A stretch of 64,000 nucleotides of DNA. Source: Eledone cirrhosa. Taxonomy: Eukaryota. Shown here piece by piece: positions 26,597-40,345 of the stretch. The notes beneath the pieces are model-generated. The model had not been told where the DNA came from. It searched no databases and saw only the letters and a program-made list of their open reading frames with translations. The position numbers and the translations under genes were made by a program. The DNA lies in contig OZ024749.1 of assembly GCA_964016885.1 (NCBI GenBank), forward strand, positions 40,982,001 through 41,046,000, in the 5' to 3' direction. How positions within the stretch are numbered: position 1 is the first letter of the stretch; each line of letters begins with the position of its first letter.

Positions 26597-27499
26597 CCAG
26601 GAAGGGAGAGAGAGACAGCAGAGACTTAAAAAGTACCAGGTGCTTTGTTTGAATTAGGGGCCCTGCTTGAAGAAGGGGCCTTATTCAGAGAGGAGGGAAC
26701 AGCATCGAAAACAACCATCCTCAATCACTTGGTCCAAGCTAGACCAATGGGTGTTCCACAATCTGGCTGACTGTAATCATGAATGTGTATATTACAGGCT
26801 GGTTGGTATGAACAGGATTAAAATAGGGCAGAATCCTCCTGGACTATGAGTACCTCGTCTATATAGTCCACTTAGTCCACATGTAAATCTTTTAGGAGTC
26901 ATGTGTATGTGTATCATATATATGTAATCAATATTTTTAAGAAATATAAGAAAACAACTGACTAACTCACTGACACCTTGTCTTTGTATCAGTATGTGTT
27001 GTTTAGCATTGCTGGGTGTTTTGCTGCAGAATTCATCATCATCAACAGTATCATCATCATCATAACAACTATCACCAGCATCAACAGTGGCATCATCGTC
27101 ATCATCATCATCATCACCACTACTACCACAGACCACCACCATAAGTACCCCAACTAATACCACCACGACCACCACCGCCACTAATACCACCTTCACCACT
27201 ACCATCATGACCACTACAAGTACCACAACTAACACCATCACCACCACCACAAGTACCACAACTAACACCACCATCACAACCACCACAACTAACACCACCA
27301 CTAATACCACCATCATCACCACCACAAGAACCACAACTAACACCACCACCACCACCACAACCACCACCAGTACCACAACTAACACCACCACCACTACCAC
27401 TTGATTCTCTGCCAGATTAACTGTTGGATTAAATCGATGTTACATAGTTACTGCCACACATAACGGACTCTAGTCCAATCTTTATTGAAGCAGTTTCAG

Positions 27500-27890
27500 A
27501 CCAATACTTGACCAACTAGCTGACCAATCAGATGGCCATCATCAAGGCCAATACTTGGCCAACTAGCTGACCAATACAACAGACATCTCTAAGGTCTATA
27601 TCTGACTGGTAAGCTGACCAACACATCATCAAGGCTGATATTTGACCAGCAAGTTGACCAACACAGGACACCATCACGGCCAATACTTGACCAGCAAGTT
27701 GACCAACACAGGACACCATCAAGGCTAATACTTGACCAGCAAGTTGACCAACACAGGGCACCATCAAGGCTAATACTTGACCAGCAAGTTGACCAACACA
27801 GGGCACCATCATGGCCAATACTTGACCAGCAAGTTGACCAACACTGCAGACATCATTATGGCTGATACTTGACCAATAAGCTGATCAACA
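27500..27890. repeat. 45-bp minisatellite, about 8-9 copies
   Basis: TTGACCAGCAAGTTGACCAACAC at 27642, 27687, 27732, 27777 and 27822. Confidence 0.9.
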
Positions 27891-28448
27891 AAACAGATAT
27901 TAAAGTTAACACAGCTTGTTTATGTATGTATGTATGTATGGTCCTGTAACTCTTGAGTGTGTCGTTGGGGCAGTACATTGACATATGGCATTTCTAGGGC
28001 ATTTTTAAAACCTGATTGAACTCATCTCCTCTCCAGGTAGAATATAGTAGATTTCTTCCAGAGAAGTATAGAGAGTGAGAGAATGGAAGTGATAAAGAGA
28101 ATCAGAGGAAGATTTGACCCCAGTGCTACACTGGTACTTTGGTACTTTTTTTATCGACTTTGAATGTATATATATATATATATATATATATAACATATAT
28201 ATATATAACATATATATATATATATATAACATATATATATATAACAATATATATAACAATATAATAATACAAGAACGATTGTTAAGCCTTCATTATATTT
28301 ATTGATTGGTGATGCGTGTTTCACTATTGATCAGCTCAAGGTTTGATCTGTATCGATCTGGACCGACTCTGGAATGAAAAGCTCATTGAACTTCTGCTGT
28401 AATAATGACAGTATCTGATATATCTCCCTCGATATATATATATATACA

Positions 28449-28639
28449 CGAGGGGGTGTTGAAAAGTTCCTGGCTTTGGGTAAAAGAAAATATAGGAGGA
28501 TCAGTTAATTATGATTTTATTCAACATATTCCCCTCTCAGATTCACACACTTATTGCAGCAGTCCTACCTCCCTGTAAAGGTAACAGCTCTACTCTTTCA
28601 CCATACCTTTAAAGCCACTAACTGTTCAGCACTCCCTAG
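28449..28639. mobile_element. mariner-type MITE
   Basis: Left TIR CGAGGGGGTGTTGAAAAGTTCCTGGCTTT; degenerate right TIR AAAGCCACTAACTGTTCAGCACTCCCTAG. Confidence 0.65.
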
Positions 28640-28669
28640 AAGGAATGATTGGTTAGTGTAAAGCTATTA

Positions 28670-28841
28670 CAGGTAAAATTCCATTATAACAAATTTTTCA
28701 GTATAACAAAATCTTTTCTACCTCCAAGGTAATAACAAACAAACGCTCAATTTGTTTCAGTCAATCTCATTATAAAGAATTTTTCGTTACAACAAATTTT
28801 TTTTTATACCCCATGAAATCCATTATAACGGAATTTCACTG
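28670..28841. mobile_element. pogo/Tigger-type MITE
   Basis: TA-CAGGTAAAATTCCATTATAAC ... ATTATAACGGAATTTCACTG-TA. Confidence 0.65.
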
Positions 28842-29802
28842 TAATAGGTCCAAATGTAGGCTACCCCCAACTGTGCTGGATGTAAAATGTATTCCTTCTC
28901 CCTCCCTTGTCCCAAGCTGTTAATATGTCTCGGCCAGAAGTTTCAGAGTCTTTGCTGTATAATTTTCACAAGATTAACTAACATTAGCTGAAGAACCCCC
29001 CTGTCCAACCTCAAAAAAAAGAAAAAGAAGCAACTACAACAACAACCCCCATCTTACACACAAGTGAAGGCCATTTTAACTTTGCCTTTCATCCTTACGG
29101 GGGTCGATAAAATAAAGTACCAGTAATGCACTGGGTGATTGCTGGTCTTGTGCCAAAAGTAGAAACAATTATTGGCTTTACCATTTGTGTTGTAAGTAGA
29201 ACAGTTAACATCATTCAGCAAGGAAGCAAGCAACTGGAAGGTAGGGTGGCTGTTGTAGCGGGTGTCTCTGGCCATTCTCTTCTCTGTAGTAATGCTTTTG
29301 CTATTTTGTCCATAGGGGTGTAATAATTGCTCTTCCTTCTCTCCTTTTCTTTCGTTGCTTGATTCTTCTTTCCTTTTTCCCCTTTTCCTTTTCTTTCTTT
29401 TTCCTTCTATTTCTGTTCCCTTTAACTGTTTGTTTTGTTTCTCTTAGCTACTGCTCAACATATAATTGAATTATGATATAAATATATGTATATTACAGTA
29501 AAGCTATTGTAAATTATTTATGTAAGAATATCTTTAGAAGTATGAGACACCACTCATTTTTTAAAAAAAAGTTGTTGGACTTCAATGGGTTGTTTTGTTT
29601 GAATGGAACGTTTACTGATATCCAGCTGCCAGAGTTAAATACTGGTATATTAATCAATTGAAGCAATTAATTAAGAGAGGAGATTTAGTCCTGCTACTGC
29701 TGATGACAGTTCCAACACCTGGGTATACAGTACCCTAATCTAGCCCTACAATGTGCACCTCATTCTCTTTCTCTCAGTCATGCACCCCAACCTCCTTAAT
29801 AT

Positions 29803-30130
29803 AATAGTTTCTGATTTAGGGACAAGGGCAATAATTTTTGGGGGAGGGGAAAGTCGATTAAATAGACCCCCAGCGCGTTACTGGTACTTTATTTTATTGA
29901 CCTCGTAAGGGATTTGAACTCCTTAATATAATGGTTTCTTATTTAGACACAAGGCCAGCAATTTTGGGGGAGGGGAAAGTCGATTAAATAGACCCCCAGC
30001 GCGTTACTGGTACTTTATTTTATTGACCCCATAAGGATGAAAAGCAAAGCTAATCTCGGTGAGATTTGAACTCAGAACGTAAAGGGCCATAACTCTCTGT
30101 CGCAAAGAAGGGTATCCGACATTCTACCGA
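29803..30130 (-). mobile_element. Two tandem S1-related SINE copies
   Basis: Repeated GGGAAAGTCGATTAAATAGACCCCCAGCGCGTTACTGGTAC; TCCTTAATATA recurs at the junctions. Confidence 0.75.
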
Positions 30131-30245
30131 ATCCTTAATATAATGATTACAGCTTACAGTTTGGTAAGCTGATGGACCTTTCTTGCTTTGACCACACCAA
30201 GAAAATTACTAAGCCTGTATTTTCTACTATACAGTCCACACTCAC

Positions 30246-30305
30246 CTGCACCAAATCATGTGGCATGTCATAACACTCTCCACCTCTTTCTATACTTCCA
30301 CAATG
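30246..30305 (-). other. Candidate 60-nt exon
   Basis: Acceptor ...TGTGTAACAG, consensus donor CAG|GTGAGT; only phase 0 is open (HCGSIERGGECYDMPHDLVQ). Confidence 0.25.
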
Positions 30306-32380
30306 CTGTTACACAGCAAAGATGTTTTCATAATTTATTTATTGATTGGTGGTGGTGGTGGTGGTGGTTATGAACTGACAGTGGTAGCTGTGGTGTTAGT
30401 GTCAATGGCGATAGCAGTGATGGCAGTGATGGTGGTGGTGGTAATGGTGGTAGCTGTGGTGGTGGTGGTAGTGGTGGTGGTGGTGGTGGCGGTGGTGTTA
30501 GTGGTGGTGATGGTGGTGGTAGTGATGTTGGTATTGGTCATGGTGTTAGTGATAGTGTTGGTGGTGGTGGTGGTGGTGGTAGTGATGGTCGTGATGGTAG
30601 TTGTGGTGGTGGTGGTTGCTAGTTAATGATATTGATGGTAGCACTAAAGATAGTGATGATGGTGGTTGCTGGTTGTTGTTGTGGTTATGATGAAATGTTA
30701 TGTTTAAGCAGGAAGAGTCTAAACTCATTTCATATTAAGACATGTCAGTGACCTTCTAGCACAACAAATGCCAGCAAGTATTATCTTGACAGCCAAATCT
30801 CTCCTTCAAGAAGCACCTCACTCCCTCTCCCAACCTACCTTCTTAGTATGAAGGAAGAAGGAGGAAGACACGTTGATGTCTTCAGCTTCATTACACCATG
30901 TTTACCATAGGAAATAAGGCAATAGATCTGGGTGTGGAAAAAAGTCTAGCAGCTTAAAAACATACACACAAAAAAAAAATTTTCTAATGTAATTTTTTCA
31001 TTTTTTTCAGTGTGTCAAAATGTTGTGGCTCTCTTTGTAGCCTGATTTTCATGCTATCAACATTTATGTGGTTCTCTTAGCTAGTTAATTGGCAGTTATT
31101 AGAATTTTGGGTAGAAGTAAAATGTTTTGCAGTATCGTTTCAACTCTGTGTTTTGAATTCAAATTCTGTTGAAGTCAAACTTTGCCTTTCATCCTTCCAA
31201 GCTTGATGAATAAAGTAGCAGTCCAATATTGGGGTCAATACCCCCCCCCCCTCTTTCCCCATGCTCTTTCTCTCTCTCTGGAAGAAATCAGCTCTGTTTA
31301 GACCTGGAGAAGGATGAGGTTTACTAGGTTTAAACTACCCAAGACACACCTTATTATGCCCTTATGACTCCACCAGGACTGCTAAGATCATGGGTAGCAC
31401 GAGGTAGAAAAAAAAACCCCAAAACAACGGGCTTCTGCACAGTTTCTGTCTATCAAATTACACTGAAAAGGCAATAATCAATTCGAGGGCTATATTAGAA
31501 GACACTTGCTGAAAATTGCCACACACTGTCACTGAATCCCAAACCACATGGTTGTGAAACAAACTCCTTAACCACACAGCAATGCCTAACACCCAACCCC
31601 ACTTGCATAAAATTTAGGTTCTACTCCATTAGAAGCGGAGGAGGGGGGGGGGATAAATAGAAGGTGGGAGTGTACTGATTTTTGTGGAGGGACAGAGGTC
31701 GAAATACTTAATAGCACAAAGTGGTGTCAAACAACTAATCACTGTAGATTACTAATCAATGAATCTATATATCAATAAATGTTCGATTACAAGAGAAACT
31801 ATTCCTCTGAGTCTGAGTCATGTTTGATTGATTGTGTCTGTGTTTGTCAGTTGTGAGGTTGATGTGGGCGTCTGTGTGTCTGTGAAGGGCATGCGAGTGA
31901 GATATGTGAGTTTCTTGTGTGTCTGTATGTTTGTGAATGTGTATATGTATATGTATATGTGTAGGTGTCGGTGTGGACATATGTGTCTGTAAAGGAAGTA
32001 TGTATATATATGTGTGTGTATTTTGTGTGTACCTGCATGGGTGTAGATGTGGGGGCATGTGTGAATGTGTATGTATATATGTGTGAGTGTGTGTGTGCAG
32101 AAAATTATACATACATATCTATATATATATATGTGTGTGTGTGTGTGTTCAAAGATGCTATCTAACCACAGTAGAGTGTGTTGAATATATAATTGGATGT
32201 TGTTGGCAGTGCTCCAGCATGGACAGAACTGCGTCAGTTTAAACCAATGAAACAAAACACTGACAAACTGTTTCTTTATTGATGATTGATTCATTTTTGA
32301 TTGATTGGTTTTATATATCTGAATGGGTGTGGGTGTGTGCGGGTGTGTAGATAATTCAGGATTTTACTCGGATTGATCAG

Positions 32381-33392
32381 TGTCCAGTCTCATCCACACC
32401 AGTCTGACCATGTACCACAATGTCCAGTCTCATCCACCACAATTTGACCATGTACCACAATGTCCAGTCTCATCCACACCAACCTGACCATGTACCACAA
32501 TGTCCAGTCTCATCCACACCAACCTGACCATGTACCACAATGTCCAGTCTCATCCACCACAATTTGACCATGTACCACAATGTCCAGTCTCATCCACACC
32601 AACCTGACCATGTACCACAATGTCCAGTCTCATCCACACCAACCTGACCATGTACCACAATGTCCAGTCTCATCCACCACAATTTGACCATGTACCACAA
32701 TGTCCAGTCTCATCCACACCAACCTGACCATGTACCACAATGTCCAGTCTCATCCACCACAATTTGACCATGTACCACAATGTCCAGTCTCATCCACACC
32801 AACCTGACCATGTACCACAATGTCCAGTCTCATCCACCACAATCTGACCATGTACCACAATGTCCAGTCTCATCCACACCAATCTGACCATGTACCACAA
32901 TGTCCAGTCTCATCCACACCAATCTGACCATGTACCACAATGTCCAGTCTCATCCACCACAATCTGACCATGTACCACAATGTCCAGTCTCATCCACACC
33001 AACCTGACCATGTACCACAATGTCCAGTCTCATCCACACCAACCTGACCATGTACCACAATGTCCAGTCTCATCCACACCAACCTGACCATGTACCACAA
33101 TGTCCTGTCTCATCCACACCAACCTGACCATGTACCACAATGTCCAGTCTCATCCACACCAACCTGACCATGTACCACAATGTCCAGTCTCATCCACACC
33201 AACCTGACCATGTACCACAATGTCCAGTCTCATCCACACCAACCTGACCATGTACCACAATGTCCAGTCTCATCCACACCAACCTGACCATGTACCACAA
33301 TGTCCAGTCTCATCCACACCAATCTGACCATGTACCACAATGTCCAGTCTCATCCACACCAATCTGACCATGTACCATAAACAATGTCCAGT
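32381..33392. repeat. 40-bp minisatellite, about 25 near-identical copies
   Basis: Unit TGTCCAGTCTCATCCACACCAACCTGACCATGTACCACAA. Confidence 0.97.
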
Positions 33393-34467
33393 GTCTTCGA
33401 CCATTGAATCGTATTAGTGGTGGTGGTGTGGAGGTGGTATGGTGATGGAGGTGGTGGTGGTGGTGTTGTGATAATGTTATGGTACTGGTGGTGGTGGCAG
33501 TATTGTAGTAGTTGTGGTGATGGTTGTAGTGGTGCGGTGATGGTGGTTGTACGTTGGTAGTGTGGTAGTGGCGATAGTATGGCGGTGGTGATGGTGATGG
33601 TGGTTGTACTGAGGTATTGGTGGTGTGGTAGTGATGCTGGAGGTGGTGATGCTGTGATGGTGATATCGGTGGTACTGTGCTGGTGGTGCTGGTGGTGGTG
33701 GTGGTGGTGGTGGTGTGGGTGATGATGAATATCCATGTATCATTTTTGTGTCATCTCTATTTGCAGTAACTCATTGACTTAAACTTTGCTTTCTAATTTA
33801 GTTTTTAACCCCTACCCCTACCATTACCACCACCACCACCACCACCACCACCTCCACCTCCACCACATCTACTGCATACCATCATCATAACCACTACATC
33901 CACCACCAGTACCACAACCACTACTGCCACTACCACCAGCACAACCACTACTACCACTACTGCCACTACCACCACCACAACTCCCCCCCTCCACCCCCAC
34001 CGTCACCACCCATTATTATTACTGTTACTATTTTCAGTGCTGAGTAAACTTGGATGATTTTGTTTGTTTTTGTTTTTTTGACAATAGAAACTGTTTTGTT
34101 AAGAAGGTAGGATTTATTTTAAATAGTTTTTCACAGCAGGAGTCATGGATGGAGGGCTGGGCTGGTGTATCACAAAGGTTGTGGAGTGAAGATGTCTCTA
34201 ACCCATCTCAATAAGTTTCAAAATCACAAACCTCCTACAGCCACCATGTTGTGGTTGTATTGACACACCATGGTTGAATTGTGAGGAGTCTGCTCTGCCG
34301 TCCTCAGGTCTTGGGTTCAATTCTACTGTGTGACCTCTTGGGCATGTGTCTTTTACCATAGCCTTAGGTTGACCTATGACATGTGAGGGTAACTATCGTA
34401 AAACAATGAACTAATTAACTTCCAACCTCTGACTTCTGTCCTTTTTTATTTCATTGATTGATTTATG

Positions 34468-34768
34468 CACACACAGACACACACAGACACACACAGACAC
34501 ACACAGACACACACAGACACACACAGACACACAGACACACACAGACACACACAGACACACAGACACACACAGGCACACACAGACACACAGACACACACAG
34601 ACACACACAGACACACAGAGACACACAGACACACACACAGACACACACAGACACACAGACACACACAGACACACACAGGCACACACAGACACACACAGAC
34701 ACATACAGACACACACAGACACACACAGACACACACAGACACATACAGACACACACAGACACACACAC
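34468..34768. repeat. (CACACAGA)n/(CACACACAGA)n microsatellite
   Basis: Direct inspection. Confidence 0.95.
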
Positions 34769-35320
34769 GTTAGGAAGGTCATCCAGCCATAGAAACTGAG
34801 CCAAAATCACTTCTGTGTGAGCGAATCATGATCCCTTCCAACCTGATCTCTCTCAAAGGGACAGCACGTGGTACTCATGGTACATGGTAGCATGGAAGAT
34901 GGACATTAAACGATGATGATGATGAATATGATGATGATATATATATATATATTGACACAGGAACGTGACCTCTGGTGTCACACAGTAATACAGAAGGCCC
35001 GACTTCCCACGGGTACAAGACAAAGTTGAAGCATATAGACAATATATATGCAAAGTGGTTGTGGAGGTGCCACGACAAAAAAGCACCCAGCCCACACTGT
35101 AAAGTGGACATGTAGGCGCCATGGAAAAAAAGCACCCAGAACTCACTGTAAATGAGGTTGGTGTTAGGAAGGGCATCCAGCTATAGAAATCAAGCCAAAA
35201 TCAGTTCCAGTATGAGCAAGACAAGGTCAGCCGACCGGACACTGCCCACAACAGGACAACCCGTCTAACCCATGCTAGCGTGGAAGAACGGACATTAAAC
35301 GATGATGATGATGATGATAA

Positions 35321-35372
<52 letters not shown>

Positions 35373-35453
35373 ATATATATAGTGGCAGAACACTGGTGGG
35401 TTATATCCGCAGTAGCACTCAGTCCATGTTCCACAACAGTTAGTACACCATTA

Positions 35454-35494
35454 CTGAGAACAGTTTGTTTCACCTCAATGGATCATCAGCTCAG
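35454..35494 (-). ncRNA. Type I hammerhead motif in a 115-bp island within (TA)n
   Basis: Minus strand CTGAG-CTGATGA-tccattgaggt-GAAAC-aaact-GTT-CTCAG; 5-bp stem I, weak stem II. Confidence 0.6.
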
Positions 35495-35542
35495 ATATAT
35501 ATATGTATATATATATGTATATATATGTTTATATATATGTAT

Positions 35543-35574
<32 letters not shown>

Positions 35575-35576
<2 letters not shown>

Positions 35577-36252
35577 ATTGTTATATTTGGGGAGGGTCAT
35601 ATTTGCGTAATATTGCCAGAATTAATAACAGAACACACTCACTGTTTGGTTGGTTTTCGCTTCTCGCTGTCTTTTATATATATATATCTGCGATCTAACT
35701 TACTCGGTCCTCAATGTTGCCATTGACTGACCGGCGGTCAAAAATAATACAGATACAATATAGACACAAACACATATATATAGTTTACATAATTTACATA
35801 AATCTTTCGTTGCACATCTGCAACATCGTCAGTGGTGTTATATTCATTGTTCCTCCTGTTGTGTTGTATGTCTACGCCATTTTTTTTTTTTGAACAAAAA
35901 AAATGGCGTAGACATACAACACAACAGGAGGAACAATGAATATAACACCACTGACGATGTTGCAGATGTGCAACGAAAGATTTATGTAAATTATGTAAAC
36001 TATATATATGTGTTTGTGTCTATATTGTATCTGTATTATTTTTGACCGCCGGTCAGTCAATGGCAACATTGAGGACCGAGTAAGTTAGATCGCAGATATA
36101 TATATATAAAAGACAGCGAGAAGCGAAAACCAACCAAACAGTGAGTGTGTTCTGTTATTAATTCTGGCAATATTACGCAAATATGACCCTCCCCAAATAT
36201 AACAATATCTGTTTCGACACACGATTTCATATAAAAAACCTCGCAAAACTAA
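35575..36252. mobile_element. Family E element forming a near-perfect 634-bp palindrome (35575-36208) with two mirror-image hammerhead cores
   Basis: Arms of about 313 bp centred on 35892-35895; cores at 35805-35832 (-) and 35951-35978 (+); 36208-36252 resembles the reverse complement of 5031-5075. Confidence 0.9.
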
Positions 36253-36619
36253 TATATATATATACATATATATATATACATATACAGTGTAAAAGAGTAT
36301 AAGTATATATATATATATATATATATACTTATACTTATACACTTTTACACTCCATCATAAATTCATTCCATTTTTGCAATTACTTTTTCTCTTGAGAGCT
36401 ATTTTGAAAGGTGGAGGAAGTTGATAAATAAATAGTTTAATAAGAAAAAACTGAAGAAAATAATAATTTTATGTTTTGTATTTAGAGAAAAAATATTGTT
36501 TTTTCTAAGGGAATATTCATAAAAAAATAGAAATAATATTTAAAAATATATAAATAAAGAGAGCAACAGATAAATATATGAGAAATGTTTGTAAGTTGGC
36601 CAACAGAGTACATTTTTGT

Positions 36620-37550
36620 TACCAGCAGCACTGCTACCACCACCACTGCCCCCTCCCCCCACAACAACAACACCACCACCACTGTGGCTAGCACTGCCAC
36701 TACCACCACCACCACCACCACTACCACCACTGCCACCACCAACAACACCCCCACTGTAGCTAGCACTGCCACCAGCACCACTACCGACTACCAGCAACAA
36801 CAATACCACCACCACCACTGTAGCTAACACTGCCACTACCACCACCACCACTGTGGCTAGCACTGCCACTACCACCACCACCACCACCACCACTGCCACC
36901 ACTGCCACCACCAACAACACCCCCACTGTAGCTAGCACTGCCACCAGCACCACCACCACTGTGGCTAGCACTGCCACTACCACCACCACCACCACCACAC
37001 CACCACTTCCACCACCAACAACACCCCCACTGTAGCTAGCACTGCCACCAGCACCACCACCAACTACCAGCAACAACAATACCACCACCACCACTGTAGC
37101 TAACACTGCCACTACCACCACCACCACTGTGGCTAGCACTGCCACCACCACCACCACACCACCACTACCACCACTGCCACCACCGACAACACCACCACTG
37201 TGGCTAGCACTGCCACCACCACCGCTACCAGCAACAACAATACCACCACCACTGTAGCTAGCACTGCCACCACTACCACCACCAACTACCAGCAACAACA
37301 ATACCACCACCACCACTGTAGCTAACACTGCCACTACCACCACCACCACTGTGGCTAGCACTGCCACTACCACCACCACCACCACTACCACCACCAACAA
37401 CACCACCACTGTAGCTAGCACTGCCACTACCACCACCAACTACCAACAACAACAATACCACCACCACCACCGCTGTGGCTAGCACTACCACCACTACCAA
37501 CAACAACAACAAAAACAACAATATCACCATCAACACCAGCACCAGCACCA
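36620..37550. repeat. (CCA)n-based compound minisatellite with recurring CTGTRGCTARCACTGCC
   Basis: Direct inspection. Confidence 0.9.
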
Positions 37551-37978
37551 TTACAGCTACTAATACTGCAACTCCATTCATATATATACATATAATGTGT
37601 TCTAAGAATAGAACTAAACAGCTACCAATGCTATCCAAATTTTATCAAAACCACTGGAAAATTGTTAGGTTCAAATTTCTATAATTTAGATATTTAGGTA
37701 TGTGTAAAGGTGTATACATACACACATACATACATGCATATATATATTAATACACACAAATATATATATATATATATTATATGTAATAGAATATCCAAAT
37801 GTATAGAGAGAACTCAATCTCGTGAGAAGAGTTATGCTTATAAGTTTAAAAGATATATTCCTTTCCTCCTCTCTCTATATATCTTTTAAACTTGTATACT
37901 TGATGCTCTGAACTAAGGTCCATTGAGCTTTTTTATTGAGAAATATGATCATTTAATATGTATTGATACCTTTACATA

Positions 37979-38046
<68 letters not shown>

Positions 38047-38050
<4 letters not shown>

Positions 38051-38285
38051 TGGCTGCCAACTCATTTTCGAGTACAGCCACTACTTTATATCCATGTAGG
38101 AGAACCCCTACCGATGCGCTGAATGAGTGACTTTTTAGTCCAGCTAGCAACTTGAAAACTCTGGTACAAACACTACACTTGTGACAATTATTGACACATA
38201 GTGCTGGGCCCATGGTACCATGTGACGACAAGTGCTGCAGAGAGATCTCCAGATATAAAGCAATGCCTGTGCCGTGAAGCTTTTA
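38047..38285 (-). mobile_element. 3' part of an RTE-derived element with C2H2-like remnant
   Basis: Minus translation CSVCTRVFKLLAGLKSH; homologous to 51838-52057. Confidence 0.7.
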
Positions 38286-38564
38286 TGTATATATATACAC
38301 ATACATATATGAAATAGGATGCCTTTAAAATGGGGGTGGGGTTCTTTCATAAAAGCAGGGCCAATTTTGGCTGAGTTGGTATTAAAAGGGTGAACTCATT
38401 GACCCTCAATTTACTTTTCATTGACCTTTTTAAAACCAAATCCAGCTTTATCAGCTGTGGTTTCAACATCATTTATGATGGTGCTTGTTTCATGATAAAC
38501 TCTGGCCTAAAAACCAATGACAGGAACCATTGCCTCATTCTGTTTCCTATACATATATACACTA

Positions 38565-38810
38565 TGCTGGTGTGGACATATGATAGAAATGGATGATGAT
38601 TGCTGGGTGAAAAAGTGCCAAGAAATCCCAGTGGAAGGAAACTGCGGTACAGGAAGACCAAGAAAGACCTGGGTGGAATTGGTGAGAGCTGATCTCAAAT
38701 TGCTGAGACTCAAAGAGGAGATGATAAAGAGCCATGACAAGTGGAGAGATGCTGTGCTGAAAAAGATCTGTCCAACCCATGCAGCCATGGAAAAGCAGAT
38801 GTAAAATGAT
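38565..38810 (+). mobile_element. RTE LINE 3' end
   Basis: WCGHMIEMDDDCWVKKCQEIPVEGNCGTGRPRKTWVELVRADLK...DKWRDAV. Confidence 0.85.
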
Positions 38811-40345
38811 GTGGTGGTGGTGGTGGTGGTGGTGATGGTTGTAGTGTGGTGGTAGTAGTGATGATAATAGTGATGGTGAAGGTTGTATGGTGATAGTGTT
38901 GTTGGTGGTTATATGGGGATGGTTGCATGGTGGTGGTTGTATGGTGATGGTGTTATTGGTGGTTGTGTGGTGGTGGTGGTGGTGGTGGTGGTTGTATAGG
39001 GATGGTTGCATGGTGGTGGTGGTTGTATGGGGATGGTTGCATGGTAGTGGTTGGGTGGTGGTGGTGGTGGTGATGGTGGTGGTGGTGGTGGTGGTTGTAT
39101 GGGGATGGTTGCATGGTGGTGGTCATATGGTGGTGGTGGTGGTGTTGGTGTTGGTGATGGTTATGTGGTTGTGGTGGTTGTATGGGGATGGTTGCATGGT
39201 AGTGGTTGTATGGTGGTGGTGGTGGTGGTTGTGTGGTGATGATGGTAGTGGTGGTGGTGGTTGTATGGGGATGGTTGCATGGTGGTGGTCATATGGTGGT
39301 GGTGGTGGTGTTGGTGTTGGTGATGGTTATGTGGTTGTGGTGATGAGCATGAAGCCAATGATGATGATAATGAGGATAATGATAATAGCGGTGAAGATGG
39401 TGACGATGCTGGGGCTGGTACTACTGCTGCTGATAATGATGATGATAAGGCTGATGATGATGATGATGACTAATATATAACCACTTTGTTCTGCTTCCAG
39501 ACAATCTGTTTTCTTAAAGCGGACATAGTGTATTTCTTTCTTCTTCCTCTTCTATCTTCATTCACAGAAATAGTTCCGGCTATAAATAACTTCTTCCACC
39601 AATCAATGGCAGGAATTCTACGATTGGAGATCTTTGGATATCGGTCACATCACAATTGGCGGTTACTACTCCATATTTCCATACCCACGCCATTACCATC
39701 ACCACCATCAAAACACTACCACCATCATACCACTGCCACCATCATACCACTTCCACCATCATACCACTTCCACCATCATACCACTGCCACCATCATACCA
39801 CTGCCACCATCAATACCACCACCGCCACCACCACCATCACCAGCAACACCACTACCATCACCAGCATCATTTTCATCTCACTACCACTATCACCACTATC
39901 ACACCACTTCCACCATCATACCACTGCCACCATTACACCACTGCCACTATCAATACCACCACCACCACCACCATCAATACCACCACCATCAATACCACCA
40001 TCACCAGCAACAACACTACCATCACCACCATCATTTTCATCACACTACCACTATCACTACCATCACATCACCACTATCACCACCATCACCACCACCACCA
40101 TCATTATCATCACACTACCACCAGCACCAGCAATACCACTACTGCTATCACCATCATCACATCACCACTACTTCAACCAGCGCTACCAACACCACCGGCA
40201 TATTACATCACTACCACCACAAGTACCAACCATCATCACACCATTACCACTGCCACCTACTCACCAGTACCACCACCTCTACCAACATCATTATCATTAT
40301 CACCATCACCACCACCATCATCACCATCATCATCACCAACACTGT
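38810..40345. repeat. (TGG)n and (CCA)n low-complexity tracts around a short unique core at 39480-39680
   Basis: Direct inspection. Confidence 0.85.

Noticed and set aside
28300-28390. Minus-strand CTGATCA...GAAACACGCATC
   Set aside because: No convincing stem I or stem II.
32381-33392. CRISPR-like regular array
   Set aside because: No unique spacers; a plain tandem repeat in eukaryotic DNA. The same applies to 27500-27890.
39480-39650. Minus frame WWKKLFIAGTISVNEDRRGRRK resembling a Tc1/mariner N-terminus
   Set aside because: Short, no TIR, similarity too weak to call.
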